A stretch of DNA of 60,164 nt from Guillardia theta CCMP2712 (lineage: Eukaryota; Protista; Cryptophyta): contig NW_005434645.1 of the NCBI RefSeq assembly GCF_000315625.1, positions 155,247-215,410 on the forward strand. The letters run 5' to 3'. Position numbers and translations under genes: made by a program. This document shows, piece by piece, positions 25,541 to 37,178 of this stretch. Below the pieces are notes generated by a model. The model was given only the letters and a program-made list of their open reading frames with translations. It ran no database searches and had not been told where the DNA came from. Within the stretch, counting starts at the first letter, position 1; each line of letters begins with the position of its first letter.

Positions 25541-26040
25541 GGTAGGAAGGAGAGAGGAGAGGAGAGGATACGTCTTGTGGGAGTCGTGCTCTAGGACGAG
25601 CTTGTTGGAGCCGTGAGCTGTTCTTCGAGGTTGAAAGAGGAGCGAGGCAGAGTCGAGGTTGCGAAAAGTTTGTTGTGCGGCCTCTGTAGGCGACGAGGAG
25701 CTCGATTCATGAGGCAGATGGACGAGGATACGTGAGACAGTTGACTGATATGACAAGATAAGAATGTTTCCTGCGTATATGCTTCCACTTGTTGAGGGAG
25801 TTGTGTGTTGAGGGTTGTCCCGACAATCTCGTAGAAAGTAAAGGCCTCCAATTGCCAAGTGAGTGTCAGAAGGGAGAAGCAAGATCTGGATAGAGGAAGT
25901 TGACCAGAACTAAGAGATGAGCGATAGTCTCACTTGATATCTGCTCTCTGCCATATGACCTCCTCAACACGAAGTTGTCTCTGACGTCTTTCCGGCAGAA
26001 ACATGCTGATCAGAGGGTCGATCCGTTTCGGATAAGCAGC

Positions 26041-26662
26041 ATGAGCGAAGATGCTCCTCCTCCGTCCGGCTGGAGCAAGGATCGAGCGAAGCAGAAGACA
26101 GCAAGGCGCGCTGGAAGGAGGGAGGGACGAGCTTTGCAAGGAGAGGGAGGAGAGGATGTAGGGGGGGCGGTTGGGCTCCCGGCTGGGGGCAGATGAAGGA
26201 GGAGGTAGACTTGAGCAAGATGCCGCTGCTGAGGCTGGACGAGGCGACTCTGCTCGAGATCTTCGTGAGGTTGGGGGTAACAGNNNNNNNNNNNNNNNNN
26301 NNNNNNNNNNNNNNNNNNNNNNNNNNNNNNNNNNNNNNNNNNNNNNNNNNNNNNNNNNNNNNNNNNNNNNNNNNNNNNNNNNNGAAATGAGAAGGAGAGG
26401 ACAAGACAAGACCAAGCAAGGCAAGAGTCAGTAAGAGGGATAGGAGAGGAGAGGAGAGGAAGAGGCTTAGCAAGAAGAACACAAGCAAGACAACAGCAAA
26501 GGACAGCTTGGTAGCCCTCCATCTCCTCCTCTCACATGGCAAGCATCAGAGCCAATCGGCAGAGAGAGTTCTCCCGCTCCTGTCGCTCTATGCTGTTCTC
26601 ACTCGGCTGCGGACATCGTCATTGCCAGCCCCTCCTCTTTCCCTCCCCCGCTATCTCCCTTG

Positions 26663-26752
<90 letters not shown>

Positions 26753-27158
26753 TTCACTCGTGTGTCCATACCATCCATCTTGCTCTTCCTTGACACCCCT
26801 CCATCATGCCTCCCCCGCCTCCTTGTTTCTTCTGTCGCATCTCATTCCCTCCCTCCTCTCCCTCTTCCTACTCGCACACTTCACGCTGAACGCACGACCG
26901 CAGGGGAGAAGTGGGTCTGCAAACTTGAGGTCCGTAGGAAGAGCAGGAGCCCGGAGGCAGCTGGGCAGGAGCAGGGGCAGGAGCATCAACCCTCCCAGCA
27001 GGGGCAGGAGCAGGAGGAGGGTTCTTCGAGCGTCAGGATCTTGCGGGTGGAAAGTGCCTTCCAGCAGGATCATCCGGGATGGTTTCACATCCTCTCTGCT
27101 CAGGTACTCCTCTCTTCTTCTATCCCTTTCCTCCTTCTCCTGCTCCTCCTCCTGCTCT

Positions 27159-27191
<33 letters not shown>

Positions 27192-30100
27192 CGCTCCTCC
27201 TTCATGAGCCGGTCAGCTAAGCAGCTCATTAGGTTCACCTTCTCCTACCTCACAAAGATGTTCTCGGGCCCGTCTCTAACGGAGTTATCGCCCTGGGGAA
27301 GGTTCCAGCAGGACTGCAGGTGGGCAGGAAGGGAAGCTGATAGATAGGGGGAGTGAGGAAGGGAAGCTGATAGATAGATGCCCACCTGCAGTCCTGCTGG
27401 AACCTTTCCCCAGGGCAGGACTGCAGGTGGGAAGCTGATAGATAGGGGAGGAAGGGAAGCTGATAGATAGGGGGAGTGAGGAAGTTTGCACACAGCAGCA
27501 GCAGCAGCAGGAGGAGCAGGGAGGGATTAGCAGCAGCAGCAGCAGCAGCATCAGCAGCAGCATCAGCATCAGCATCAGCAGCAGCAACAGCATCAGATAG
27601 ACAGAGGAGGAGAAGGAGAGGAGAGGGAGGAGCACGAGCAGGAGGAGGGAGGACGAAAGCTGTTTCTGACTTTGAACGAGCAGATCCATGTTGACATCCC
27701 CGAGGTGAGGAAAGGAAGCACCCTGTATTCGTGCAGCACGTGGGAGCATGAAGATGAGTTCTCCGTGTTCGGGACGGTGAGGGAGGAGGAGAGAGGAGAG
27801 AGGAGAGAGGAGGAGGCTCACTTTTTGTGTTTTACAGTTGGATGAGAATGTTGTAGAAAAAGAGTTGCTTCCGCTTATGGAGCCGAGGCAACATCCGAGC
27901 TCGTCCTCATGCGAGGGGAGGGAGGAGGGGAAGAGGGAGGACAGGAAGGAAGAGGAGGAGGAGGAGGAGGAGGAGCAGAGGAGAGATGGAGCTCAGAGGA
28001 CGAAGCTGGTCCTGTTTCTTCGTTCTCTGCAGAGCAGCAGGGAGTTCTTTCGGGGACTTTACGGCAACCTGATCTTCTGCTGCAACGATGGGTTTGATCG
28101 GGGAGACGAAAGACTGATCTCCTGCCGCATTCAACGAGCAGCAGACGTAAGTTGAGGAGGAGGAGAGGGAGTGAGGAGGAGGAGGAGGAGGAGGAGGAGG
28201 AGTGAGGAGGTGGAGGAGGAGGAGAAGAAGAAGATGGAGTAGGAGGAGAAGTAGGAGGAGTAGGATCAGGAAAAGGAGGAGGAGGAGGTATCAAGTACCA
28301 CCCTGTTGAGGAGGAGGAGCAACCCTTGATCTCCCTGACTCTTCTCTCAGATCTGGTGGCAACTCTACTCCAGGCAGTCCGGCATGGCCGTCCATCAGTT
28401 CGTCGTCTTCATCCTCCAGTGCGCCGGCAGCTACCGCCAGCTCTCAGCACAGCACTTCGTCCAACCCGAGCTGCGCACCAGCGGCAAGGAGTGCCGATGT
28501 CAGCAGCCGTCCACCTGCCCGAGCGTCATCGAGATCCACGTCGCCCAACTGGTTGCCCAGCTGAGCCACGACCAGCTGAGAAACCCCAACTCGTACCTAG
28601 CACCCGTCATGGTGAAGGAAGAGATGTGGAAGACCTTCAGGTTGGCCTCCTACACCCTCTGCTGCTCCTGCCCCTGCCCCTGCCCCTGCCCCTGCCCCTG
28701 CCCCTGCCCCTGCCCCTGCCCCTGCCCCTGCCCCTGCTCCTGCTCCTGCCCCTGCTCCTGCTCCTGCTGCCCCTGCTTGTTCTGCCCCTACCTCTCCTTC
28801 TCCTGATCCATCATATCTCCTCTTCGTGTGCTTGAGCTTCACTTCTCCTTCCCCCCACCCCCCGGCCTTCCTCGCAAGCTCCTCCCTCTGACTTGTCCCA
28901 GGACTCTCCTCAAGCTCTTCTGCTTTGTGTGGGTCAAGAGCGCTCCCTCCTCTCTCCTCTCTCTGCTCCTTCACGACCATCAGTGGTGGAACTGGATCTC
29001 AGGTCTCAGCAACGCCAAGTTCCTCCCGCTCCGCTTCTCCTGCCTGTACATGAGCATGGAGTTCCTCAAGGCCCTCGCTCGAGCAAGCAACGACCTCCAG
29101 GAACAGAGCGCTGCTCTGTCGCGGGAGATGGTCATGCTGGACATGCGCGAGGAGGACGGGCAGGGGGAGAGGGAGGAGGGGCAGGGAGGAGGAGGAGGAG
29201 GAGGAGGAGGAGGAGCTGGAAGGGAGAGAAGATTCGTTGCTGCTACGAGCAGCTTGGTGGATGTGATTAGAAATCTGGAGGAATTCGCCTCCTGCAGGGA
29301 GAGGGAGGAGAAAGCGAAGAAGGACGCAGAGGAGGAGGAAGAGGAGGAGCGCAGAGAAGTAAGGCGAAGGGAGGAGGAGGAACTTTCAGCGTCCCTGCTG
29401 GCAGCAGCAGCTGCTGAGGAGGAGGAGGATAGGCAGCTGCTGGAGAAGATGAGGACGAGCTTCGAGGCGTCTCAGAACCTGCTGGTGGACTGCGAGGGCA
29501 GCACGCATCCTGTCAAAACTATCTCTCTCTTCCTCTCCTCCTTGTACATGCTCAACAAGCACGTCGTAGTCGTCTGCAGCAAGGTATCCCCCTCCATCCT
29601 CGCTATCCTCCCTCCGTCCTCCGTCCTCCTTGTTCTACTCTCTCGCTCCTCCTCCTCCTCCTCCTCCTCCTCCTCCTCCTCCTCCTCCTCCTCCTCCTCC
29701 TCCTCCTCCTCCTCCTCCTCCTCCTCCTCCCACCACCACCACCACAACCTTCTCCTTCTTTACTCGCACCCTCATTCTTACTCACTGCTTCGCCCAGGAG
29801 AGTTTTCCATCCTGGCGAGATGCGCTTGTCAAGCGGCAGATCGCCATCACCATCATGGACGTGGACGCGAAGATTTTCTCCTCCTCCTCCTCCTCCTCCT
29901 CCTCCTCCTCGTCATCGGCCGCCGCCTCCTCTCACGGATGCCACGTGATCTCCAACGATCTCTTCGACTTCGAGAGGATCCGCAGCGCAGAAAAGTCTCT
30001 CCTCCTCCTCTCCTCCTCCTCCCTCCTCCTCGACACCATCGTCGACCACCTCGTCCTCGACTGCCTTGTCTGGGATGATGCTGGAGCTTCATCCTCCTGC

Positions 30101-31957
30101 TCCTCCTGCAGCCGTTGCGCTGCTCGCCGGCGGCACGAGATGTTGGACGCCTTCGTCAGACGCTCATCCAGCGATCGCATGAGGATGATCGTAAGCTCGA
30201 GCGTCAGCCTTCTCAGTCTGCAGGATGTGAAAATCTTCTCAGGAGAGGAGGAGGAGGAGGAGGAGGAGGAGGAGGAGGGGACTGGGGGGCAGGAGAGGAT
30301 GACAAGGAGGATGATGATGGGGCTGACCATGGAGGGCGGGGAACTTCTCTGCTGCCTTCATTCGTCTCTCCGATCCTCCGACCTCCTTCATCCTGTCAGG
30401 ATGGATCAGAGGAGCAACGGGCTGCTTGCGCGGCTCCTGCACCGAGAGCTCCTCCTCCTCCAGCAGAACAGCGTGCGATACCCGCAAGGGGGCGGGAGGA
30501 GGACGAAGGAGGTGAAGGTCAGCCGGGGAGACAGCACCTGGCGCCTCGACATCGAGCAGGAGAGCATGAGCGTGCGAGAGCTGAGGAGGAGGATCAGCAA
30601 GGAGGGGGGGGAGTGTGTTGCCAGGCTGTACTTCAGCGATGGGAAGGCGAGGGGGGAGGAGGAGATGGTGGTGGAGGACTACGTCCCGACATGGCGAGGA
30701 GCGACGGTGCTCTGCGAGGAGATGGAGGAGGCGGGGCCGAGAGGAAGGCAGTGCTGCAGGTGTAGGGGGAGGAGGGAGCAGCTCTCAGCTAGCATGGAGG
30801 GAATCAAGACCCGCCTCCTCCTCCTCTCGTCGCTGCAGCAGCAGGTCGAGGACAGAGTCCTCCTCCTCCGCTCCCGAGATCTGCACTACGTCATCCGGAG
30901 CAAGACGTGCAAGGCGCTGGGCACCTGCCTCCGCATCGCTCCCTCCCTCTTCCTCCACGCTCGCACGATGGACCTGCTGGCTTGCTTCCCCTCCGACTCC
31001 CACTCGGCTGTCAAGAGCACCGCGCTCTGCGCTCTTGGCCGCTTGCTCGACCAGCTGCCGCCGGCTGCTGCCCAGGAGGAGGAAGAGGAGAGGAGAGTGC
31101 TGCTGGGCAAGCAGGTGGAGCCAGTGGTGCGGCTGTGCCGGTCAGAGGAGAAGAAGGTGATGGAACAGGCGTACGTGGTGTGCGCGAAGTTTGCGCGCAG
31201 GGGGCTGGTGGGGGAGGAGCATGTGCGGGAGCTGTGCGGGAGGATCAGCAAGAGGGAAGGCAGGGAGGCGGCCATGCGGTTCGTCAGGGAGCTGTTCTTC
31301 GGGGAGGAGACGAGGAGTCGGGAGAGCGCGGGAGGAGCAGGAGGGGAAGGAGTTCTTGCCTTCGTGAGGGAGGAGGAGAGGGAGCACGCAGGAGGGGTCC
31401 TGCGGAGGGTGAAGGCGCTGCTGTACAGGGTGGAGCTGATAGGGGAGAGGACAGGAGGGAGCAAGTCTTACATCCTGTCGCAGCTGATGAGCGGAAGGGA
31501 TGCGGCAGCTGGCATGCTCAGCGACGTCGTCCTCCTCCTCCTGTGCTTCCTCCTCTCGCAGGAGCTGTCGCTGCTCCCTCTCGAGAGGGTCGAGCTGCTG
31601 GAGGGCGACGCTTGCTCCCTTCCTCTGCAGTGGGAGGCGTGCGCTCTTGAAGCCCTCCTGGTCTCTCTTGCCCATCACAAGCTGAGCAGGAGAGCCAGGG
31701 AGCCGCAGGAAGGAGGAGGGAACGACGTCGTGTGCGGGCTGCTAGACGCTATCGCTCGCTCCTCCTCCTCCTCGTCTGGGGACGGGGACGTGAAGGAGCA
31801 GGTGCGGCAGGTGCTGATGGAGGGCACTCCCGTGCTCCCCTCGTCGCTACAGGAGGAGGGGAGGAGGAGGTCGACGGAGCGTCTGTGTTGCCTCCTCGTG
31901 CAGCAGAGGGAGAAGATCTCGGAACTTGAGAAGATCTTTGCAGAGCATAGGGAATGA
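26041..31957 (+). CDS. Divergent SCC3/STAG (stromalin)-like cohesin HEAT subunit, multi-exon
   Basis: WWQLYSRQSGMAVHQFVVFILQCAG..YLAP..MWKTFR and WISGLSNAKFLPLRFSCLYMSMEFLKAL resemble the STAG domain; RSRDLHYVIRSKTCKALGTCLRIAPSLFL..SDSHSAVKSTALCALGRL resembles the stromalin conserved domain (RYRD..IR..CI..LG.W...P..FL..D...VR..L.AL..L). Confidence 0.7.
27290..27484. repeat. 37-bp inverted repeat with internal and flanking short direct repeats
   Basis: 27290-27326 is the reverse complement of 27379-27416 except for one extra T; GGGAAGCTGATAGATAG occurs four times. Confidence 0.85.
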
Positions 31958-32173
31958 GGTGTGAATAGAATGAAGAATTTATTGCTGCTCGAATTTCTTT
32001 CTCCTCCTCCTCCTCCTCCTCCTCTTCTCCCTCCTCTTTCTTTCTCTAATCAAATCCGCCTTGTTAGACCATATCCTTCACTCGCACATCCCCTCACCTT
32101 CCTCCTCCCCAGATCTCCCTCCTTCCCCCTGATCGCTCCTTCAACACAGCAAACTTCGCGCTCCTTCTCCTCC

Positions 32174-34609
32174 TCAACAAGCAGCCTCTATCACCCACAC
32201 GTCCTCCACGTCTACCTCATCCAGGTCCTCCATATCGAACTGCGTGCTCGAGTCGACCAGCTTTCTCCACTCCTTCTCCGCCTCCTCTCCGCCGTTCCTC
32301 TTCCCGTCCTCCAACAGCTCCTTCCCTTCCTCAGGCTCGCACTGCACGCCCACCGACCGCATCTGCGACAACCTCCTCTGCACGTAGGCCTTCACAGCCT
32401 GCCCGTACATGGTCCGCAGCCTGTCAGTGAGCAGGACTGTGATGATGGGGGCGACAGAGGCGCAGGTGAGGATGCCGAACCCCTCCTGTGCGCTGGTGGC
32501 CTTGGAGAAGCCGATGCCGATGGAGAGGACGAACGGGACGGTCACGGGGCCCGTGGTAACTCCGGCGCTGTCCCAGGCGATGTTGGTGAAGTCCTCGGAG
32601 GCGAAGATGGTGAGGAGGGAGGCAGCCGCGTACTTGCCAAGGATCATGTAGATGATGTTGACCCCGAAGAGAATCTTGGAGGACCCTGCTACCATCCCGC
32701 ATCCTACTCCCACACACACGGTGTACACGAGCATGTTCGCGCCGAACTGTCCCCCGCTCAGAAGCTCCACCGTCTTTCCCATCACCCGCAGCGCGGGCTC
32801 TGCGCGGGTGGCGAGGAAGCCAAGGACGAAGATGGTGACCATGACGATGGCGATGCCGGGGCCCTTGGCGTAGTAGGGGGAGCCGGGGAAGCTACTGGTC
32901 TCGAGGAAGGCGGAGGGGAGGAGGACTCCGCTCTGGTCACCGAGGGCGGTGAAACCGAAGCTGAGCCCGATGTTGAAGAGCGTCATGCCCATCTGAGACT
33001 CCAGGATGCCCAGCAGCAGAGAACTCTGTGCCCTCACCTTCTGCCAGAGAGAAAGTTTCACCTCCTTCTCCCCCTCCTCCTCCTCCTCGTCGTCCACAAC
33101 CAAGACCGACTCCTGCCTCCTGGTGATCCTCCCGTGGGGGTTGGAGGAGGTTCGGCCGAGCATCCCCACGGCGTTGGCGATCCTCTCTCTCCTCTCCTGC
33201 TTGCACTCCCTCCGCTGCTGAGTTCGGAACTCATTGATGCGCTTCTTGATCTTGGAAGAAATCTCCTCGTGCGTATTCTTATCCGCATCACGGAAGCACT
33301 CCAAGTTGCGGAACTCAGCGTAGCTGATCTCCCCGTCGTCGTCGAGATCGATCGAGGTGAAAAGGTCCTCCTTCTCATGCTCCTCGATGCCAATCTCCAG
33401 GCAGTCCACGGCATGGAAGAACTGCTCCTTGGTGATCGTCTCCGAGTTGTTGTCGTCGAGGCACTTGAAGAACGAGTACAGCTTGTCGGAGTGGTTGTTG
33501 AGGTCGGGGAGCAGCCCTGCCGGCGGCTGCACCTCGAACGAGATCTTGGGCAGCGGCTTCCACAGCACCAAGACGATCATGATGATCAGGAAGACGTTCA
33601 GGGGCAGGATGGAGCGGATGGCGAAGGTGAAAGCGCTCAGCACGAGCTGCGCATCTGTCTCCTTCACCTCCAGTCCAGTCTCCGTCCCGTTGAGCTGCGA
33701 GCAGTCGATCTTCCCGAAGTCTGTCCTGATGTCCTCCGACGAGTACCGCAGCGAGATGAAGATTGACATCAGCTCCACTGCGAGGATAGGGAACGTAGAC
33801 GCCAGCGTTATAATCCCAAAGCCCTCGAGCGCCTTTCCCTTGTTCTTCCCCGCCTGCTGCTCCAGCACGTCTCTGGCGTCCCTTCTCGCCGCGCTCCCTT
33901 TCATCACACCGATCCCGAGAGAGAGCAGGATCGGGACGGTCACCGGCCCTGTCGTCACTGCCCCGCAGTCCCACGCCAACCCAATCAGAGGGGATAGCTC
34001 GGGATTGCCCCACTTCATGTAGCACGCGCACGCGATGGTGGGGGAGAGGCCAAGGGCGATGAGCGGCTTCAGGGACCAGTTCCTAAGGAACCTCAGCACC
34101 CCGATCATCGCCGCTACCCCAACCCCCAGCCCGATGGACAGGACGAGGATCTCCGACATATCGTTGAGCACGAAGAAAAGGTAGGGGGTGTCGCATCGCT
34201 TCACCAGGTTGGCAAGAGGCCTCAAGCTCGCAATCGCAGGCTCTGCATACGTGACGAGGATGCCGATGGCGCATGCGACGACCAGGATGTACCTCACCTT
34301 GAACTGCTCCGGCAGCTGCTGGCCCAGAAGGCTGCCCAGCGGCATGATGGCGACGCGGAGGCCATCGACGAAGAGAACAAGGCCGACCATGGCGGAGATG
34401 AGGCCTCCAGCTAAGGTGCCGGGGGAGTTGACGGTGCGCTGGAAGTAGATTCCGATGGTGATCACAAGGCACAAGGTGATGGGGACTACCGCCAGCACTT
34501 GCTCGTAGAATTGAAGGATATAGTAGAAGAACAGAGCCCGAGCCGGCGCTTTCCAATGCATTCGATCCCTAAGAAACTTGTCGGTACGGCCATATAGTTT
34601 TTGTATCAT
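32174..34609 (-). CDS. Membrane protein with two DUF1538 domains and an EF-hand pair between them (uninterrupted ORF)
   Basis: Two homologous halves carry AEPAI/AEPAL and AWDCGAVTTGPVTVP / AWDSAGVTTGPVTVP (DUF1538 signature) with many hydrophobic helices. EF-hand loops DDNNSETITKEQF and DLDDDGEISYAEF. First ATG in the ORF is at 34609; upstream exons are possible. Confidence 0.85.
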   Translation of the reverse strand: MIQKLYGRTDKFLRDRMHWKAPARALFFYYILQFYEQVLAVVPITLCLVITIGIYFQRTVNSPGTLAGGLISAMVGLVLFVDGLRVAIMPLGSLLGQQLPEQFKVRYILVVACAIGILVTYAEPAIASLRPLANLVKRCDTPYLFFVLNDMSEILVLSIGLGVGVAAMIGVLRFLRNWSLKPLIALGLSPTIACACYMKWGNPELSPLIGLAWDCGAVTTGPVTVPILLSLGIGVMKGSAARRDARDVLEQQAGKNKGKALEGFGIITLASTFPILAVELMSIFISLRYSSEDIRTDFGKIDCSQLNGTETGLEVKETDAQLVLSAFTFAIRSILPLNVFLIIMIVLVLWKPLPKISFEVQPPAGLLPDLNNHSDKLYSFFKCLDDNNSETITKEQFFHAVDCLEIGIEEHEKEDLFTSIDLDDDGEISYAEFRNLECFRDADKNTHEEISSKIKKRINEFRTQQRRECKQERRERIANAVGMLGRTSSNPHGRITRRQESVLVVDDEEEEEGEKEVKLSLWQKVRAQSSLLLGILESQMGMTLFNIGLSFGFTALGDQSGVLLPSAFLETSSFPGSPYYAKGPGIAIVMVTIFVLGFLATRAEPALRVMGKTVELLSGGQFGANMLVYTVCVGVGCGMVAGSSKILFGVNIIYMILGKYAAASLLTIFASEDFTNIAWDSAGVTTGPVTVPFVLSIGIGFSKATSAQEGFGILTCASVAPIITVLLTDRLRTMYGQAVKAYVQRRLSQMRSVGVQCEPEEGKELLEDGKRNGGEEAEKEWRKLVDSSTQFDMEDLDEVDVEDVWVIEAAC

Positions 34610-36124
34610 GTTGCCAAAACAAGACAATCTCCGCTACACGTGTAACAGTTGGAAAGCAATCCGAAGATCTCACACGTCCACAGGAGATGTCAACACTTGC
34701 ATCAACCAGATCCGCACTCGGAGCCAAGAAAGCAACTTGTTACAGCTGGAATCAGAATGACAGCAGTCTTTCAAATCGATGCGAGCGTATGAATCAGGAT
34801 AGATGAATGCCTTGAAAGTGTTGAGGAAGACCCAAAGCTGGAGTGTGTAGCGGAGTAAGGGGAGGAACGAAACTACCTGAACGAAGAGAACCAAGAGGAG
34901 AGCAAGAAGGAGGATGCACAGAAGTAGCGAGGATGCAAGAATGGAGCGGAAGAAGGCGGAGAAAGGGGATGACGCCAAGACAAATCGCGCGACTGATGGC
35001 CTCTGGTAGGGATCAAACCATCGTCGGCATTGGCGTTCGAAACGTAAGTGTGTTTTTAGGGGTGGGGTGCAATTCTTGACGGTGGGGTACATGAAGTCTA
35101 GGTAAGGGTTCTATTCCTGATATTTTGTGGGAAAGAGGGGGTAGGGTGATGAAGGAAGGGGGTGGGTATCATGCTGGGTCCGATTGTGTAGCAGCCGCAC
35201 AATAAAATGTATGTAGCAGAAACTTGTAGGTGGGGTCATTCCAAACAAGGGGTAGTAGTTTACAGAGCATTTGAAACCTCTTCATATGACCCCCCTTTGC
35301 TCATTAAAATGAGGGGTACAAGAATGAATGTTCCAAATTCGTGTGGGTAGGGTGACGAGTTGTAGGGTATACATACTGGTGGGGGTACATTTGAAGCCCA
35401 GGGGGTGTAGACGGGTGGGGTAGTGTCCCTGGGTCTATGACCACCGAAAAAAAACAGTGGGGGACTATCAAGCCCGAGCCCCACGGGGGTGGGGTAATGC
35501 CACCGGTGAATTCAAAAATCTCCAGGAATGTATGGGTAGGGTACTCTGAAACATGGAAATGACCGGGTAGTATGGCAGAACAAGGTAGTCAGTGGGTGGG
35601 TATCATCTCTCAGGGGTATGTTTGCTACACCTCAACCTAAGGAGAGGGGTCCATTCCACATTTCCTGGAGCAGGAGGGGGTGGTGAACAGGAGTTGAGGG
35701 GTTTAGGGGGGTGGTCACGGACTTTGGGTAGTGATAGTCCGATACAGGTACGAGTTGGGCCCCCAGGCGCCGGCCCTCAGGTCCGATGAGCCCGCCTCAC
35801 TCACGCTGCCGCCGCCGCGGTGACTCTGATTTTCACTCACGAGTCACTGAGCGGCGGCCGCGGTGACCGCATTTCGAGTCTAGCATCGNNNNNNNNNNNN
35901 NNNNNNNNNNNNNNNNNNNNNNNNNNNNNNNNNNNNNNNNNNNNNNNNNNNNNNNNNNNNNNNNNNNNNNNNNNNNNNNNNNNNNNNNNNNNNNNNNNNN
36001 NNNNNNNNNNNNNNNNNNNNNNNNNNNNNNNNNNNNNNNNNNNNNNNNNNNNNNNNNNNNNNNNNNNNNNNNNNNNNNNNNNNNNNNNNNNNNNNNNNNN
36101 NNNNNNNNNNNNNNNNNNNNNNNN

Positions 36125-36284
<160 letters not shown>

Positions 36285-36508
36285 GGAGGGAGGGAGGGAG
36301 GACAACAATTGAGGAGAGAGTGTGTGTAAGGAGATGGTTGAGGGGGTGAATGAAAAGTAAACGAGTATCAATTTTCGAGGATGAGCAATTTTTTGCAATC
36401 CAAGCATGCAGTGAAAAGTGCATCACAACTGACCAGACATGAAACTTGTGTGAGAGGAAAACTCTTCAATTGCTATCGGAGTTTCTAATCTCTGATTTGG
36501 CGCACAGA

Positions 36509-37178
36509 ATGAATGGACGTTTGCTCGCCGTGCTCACCACCTTGATCAGTTTCCAGTGTTCTTGTGCGCAGCTGGAGTTCTCGAAATGTTACTCCGTGAG
36601 CAAGTCAGGAGCGTTCGGTAAGTTGAGAGGAGAGAGGAGCAAGCGCTGACGAGCGAGGGCAGGAACGTGCGGGACTGTTTCCTACAACTTCAAGTTCTGT
36701 GCCCGATCGCAGGACGAGGCAGACAATCAGGCAGACGTCATCATCCTCGCCAACTCTAACACCGCCCCGAAGACAGAGGAAGACTGCAAGAGCCGAGCCA
36801 TTTCGATCTGCGGATCTCAGGTCAGTGAGAGGAGGACCTGTTGGAGCGACTCTGGATGCTGATGCTGAGCAGGCCAAGGAGGGGGTTACATGCGCGGACT
36901 ACTGCAAGTTCTCCCCGGGCAACACAGTGCAGTGTCAGAACGACGGGGACTGCCTCGCAAAGCGTTCCACGAAGACCTGCTGCTCCTTCTACACCTCCAT
37001 CTTCACTGGGCTCTGTGCCATGAGCGCAAGCGACATACAGCTCAGGGTCACGTCCCTTGAGAGCAACTCCACCTGCCTGTCAAAGGATTGCTACTCCGCT
37101 GCGAGCTCGACCTCTTCCAGCTCGCTCTGGTTGACAACCGTCGCCTTGCTGACCTCTCTTGCTCTGCTCCGCTTGTGA
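36509..37178 (+). CDS. Small secreted Cys-rich protein with probable GPI-anchor signal (3 exons)
   Basis: Signal-like MNGRLLAVLTTLISFQCSCA; donors GTAAGT (~36618) and GTCAGT (~36821); many Cys; C-terminus SAASSTSSSSLWLTTVALLTSLALLRL* fits a GPI signal pattern. Confidence 0.7.

Noticed and set aside
31961-33766. 601-aa + strand ORF
   Set aside because: Antisense shadow of the GC3-rich DUF1538 gene, with no motifs of its own.
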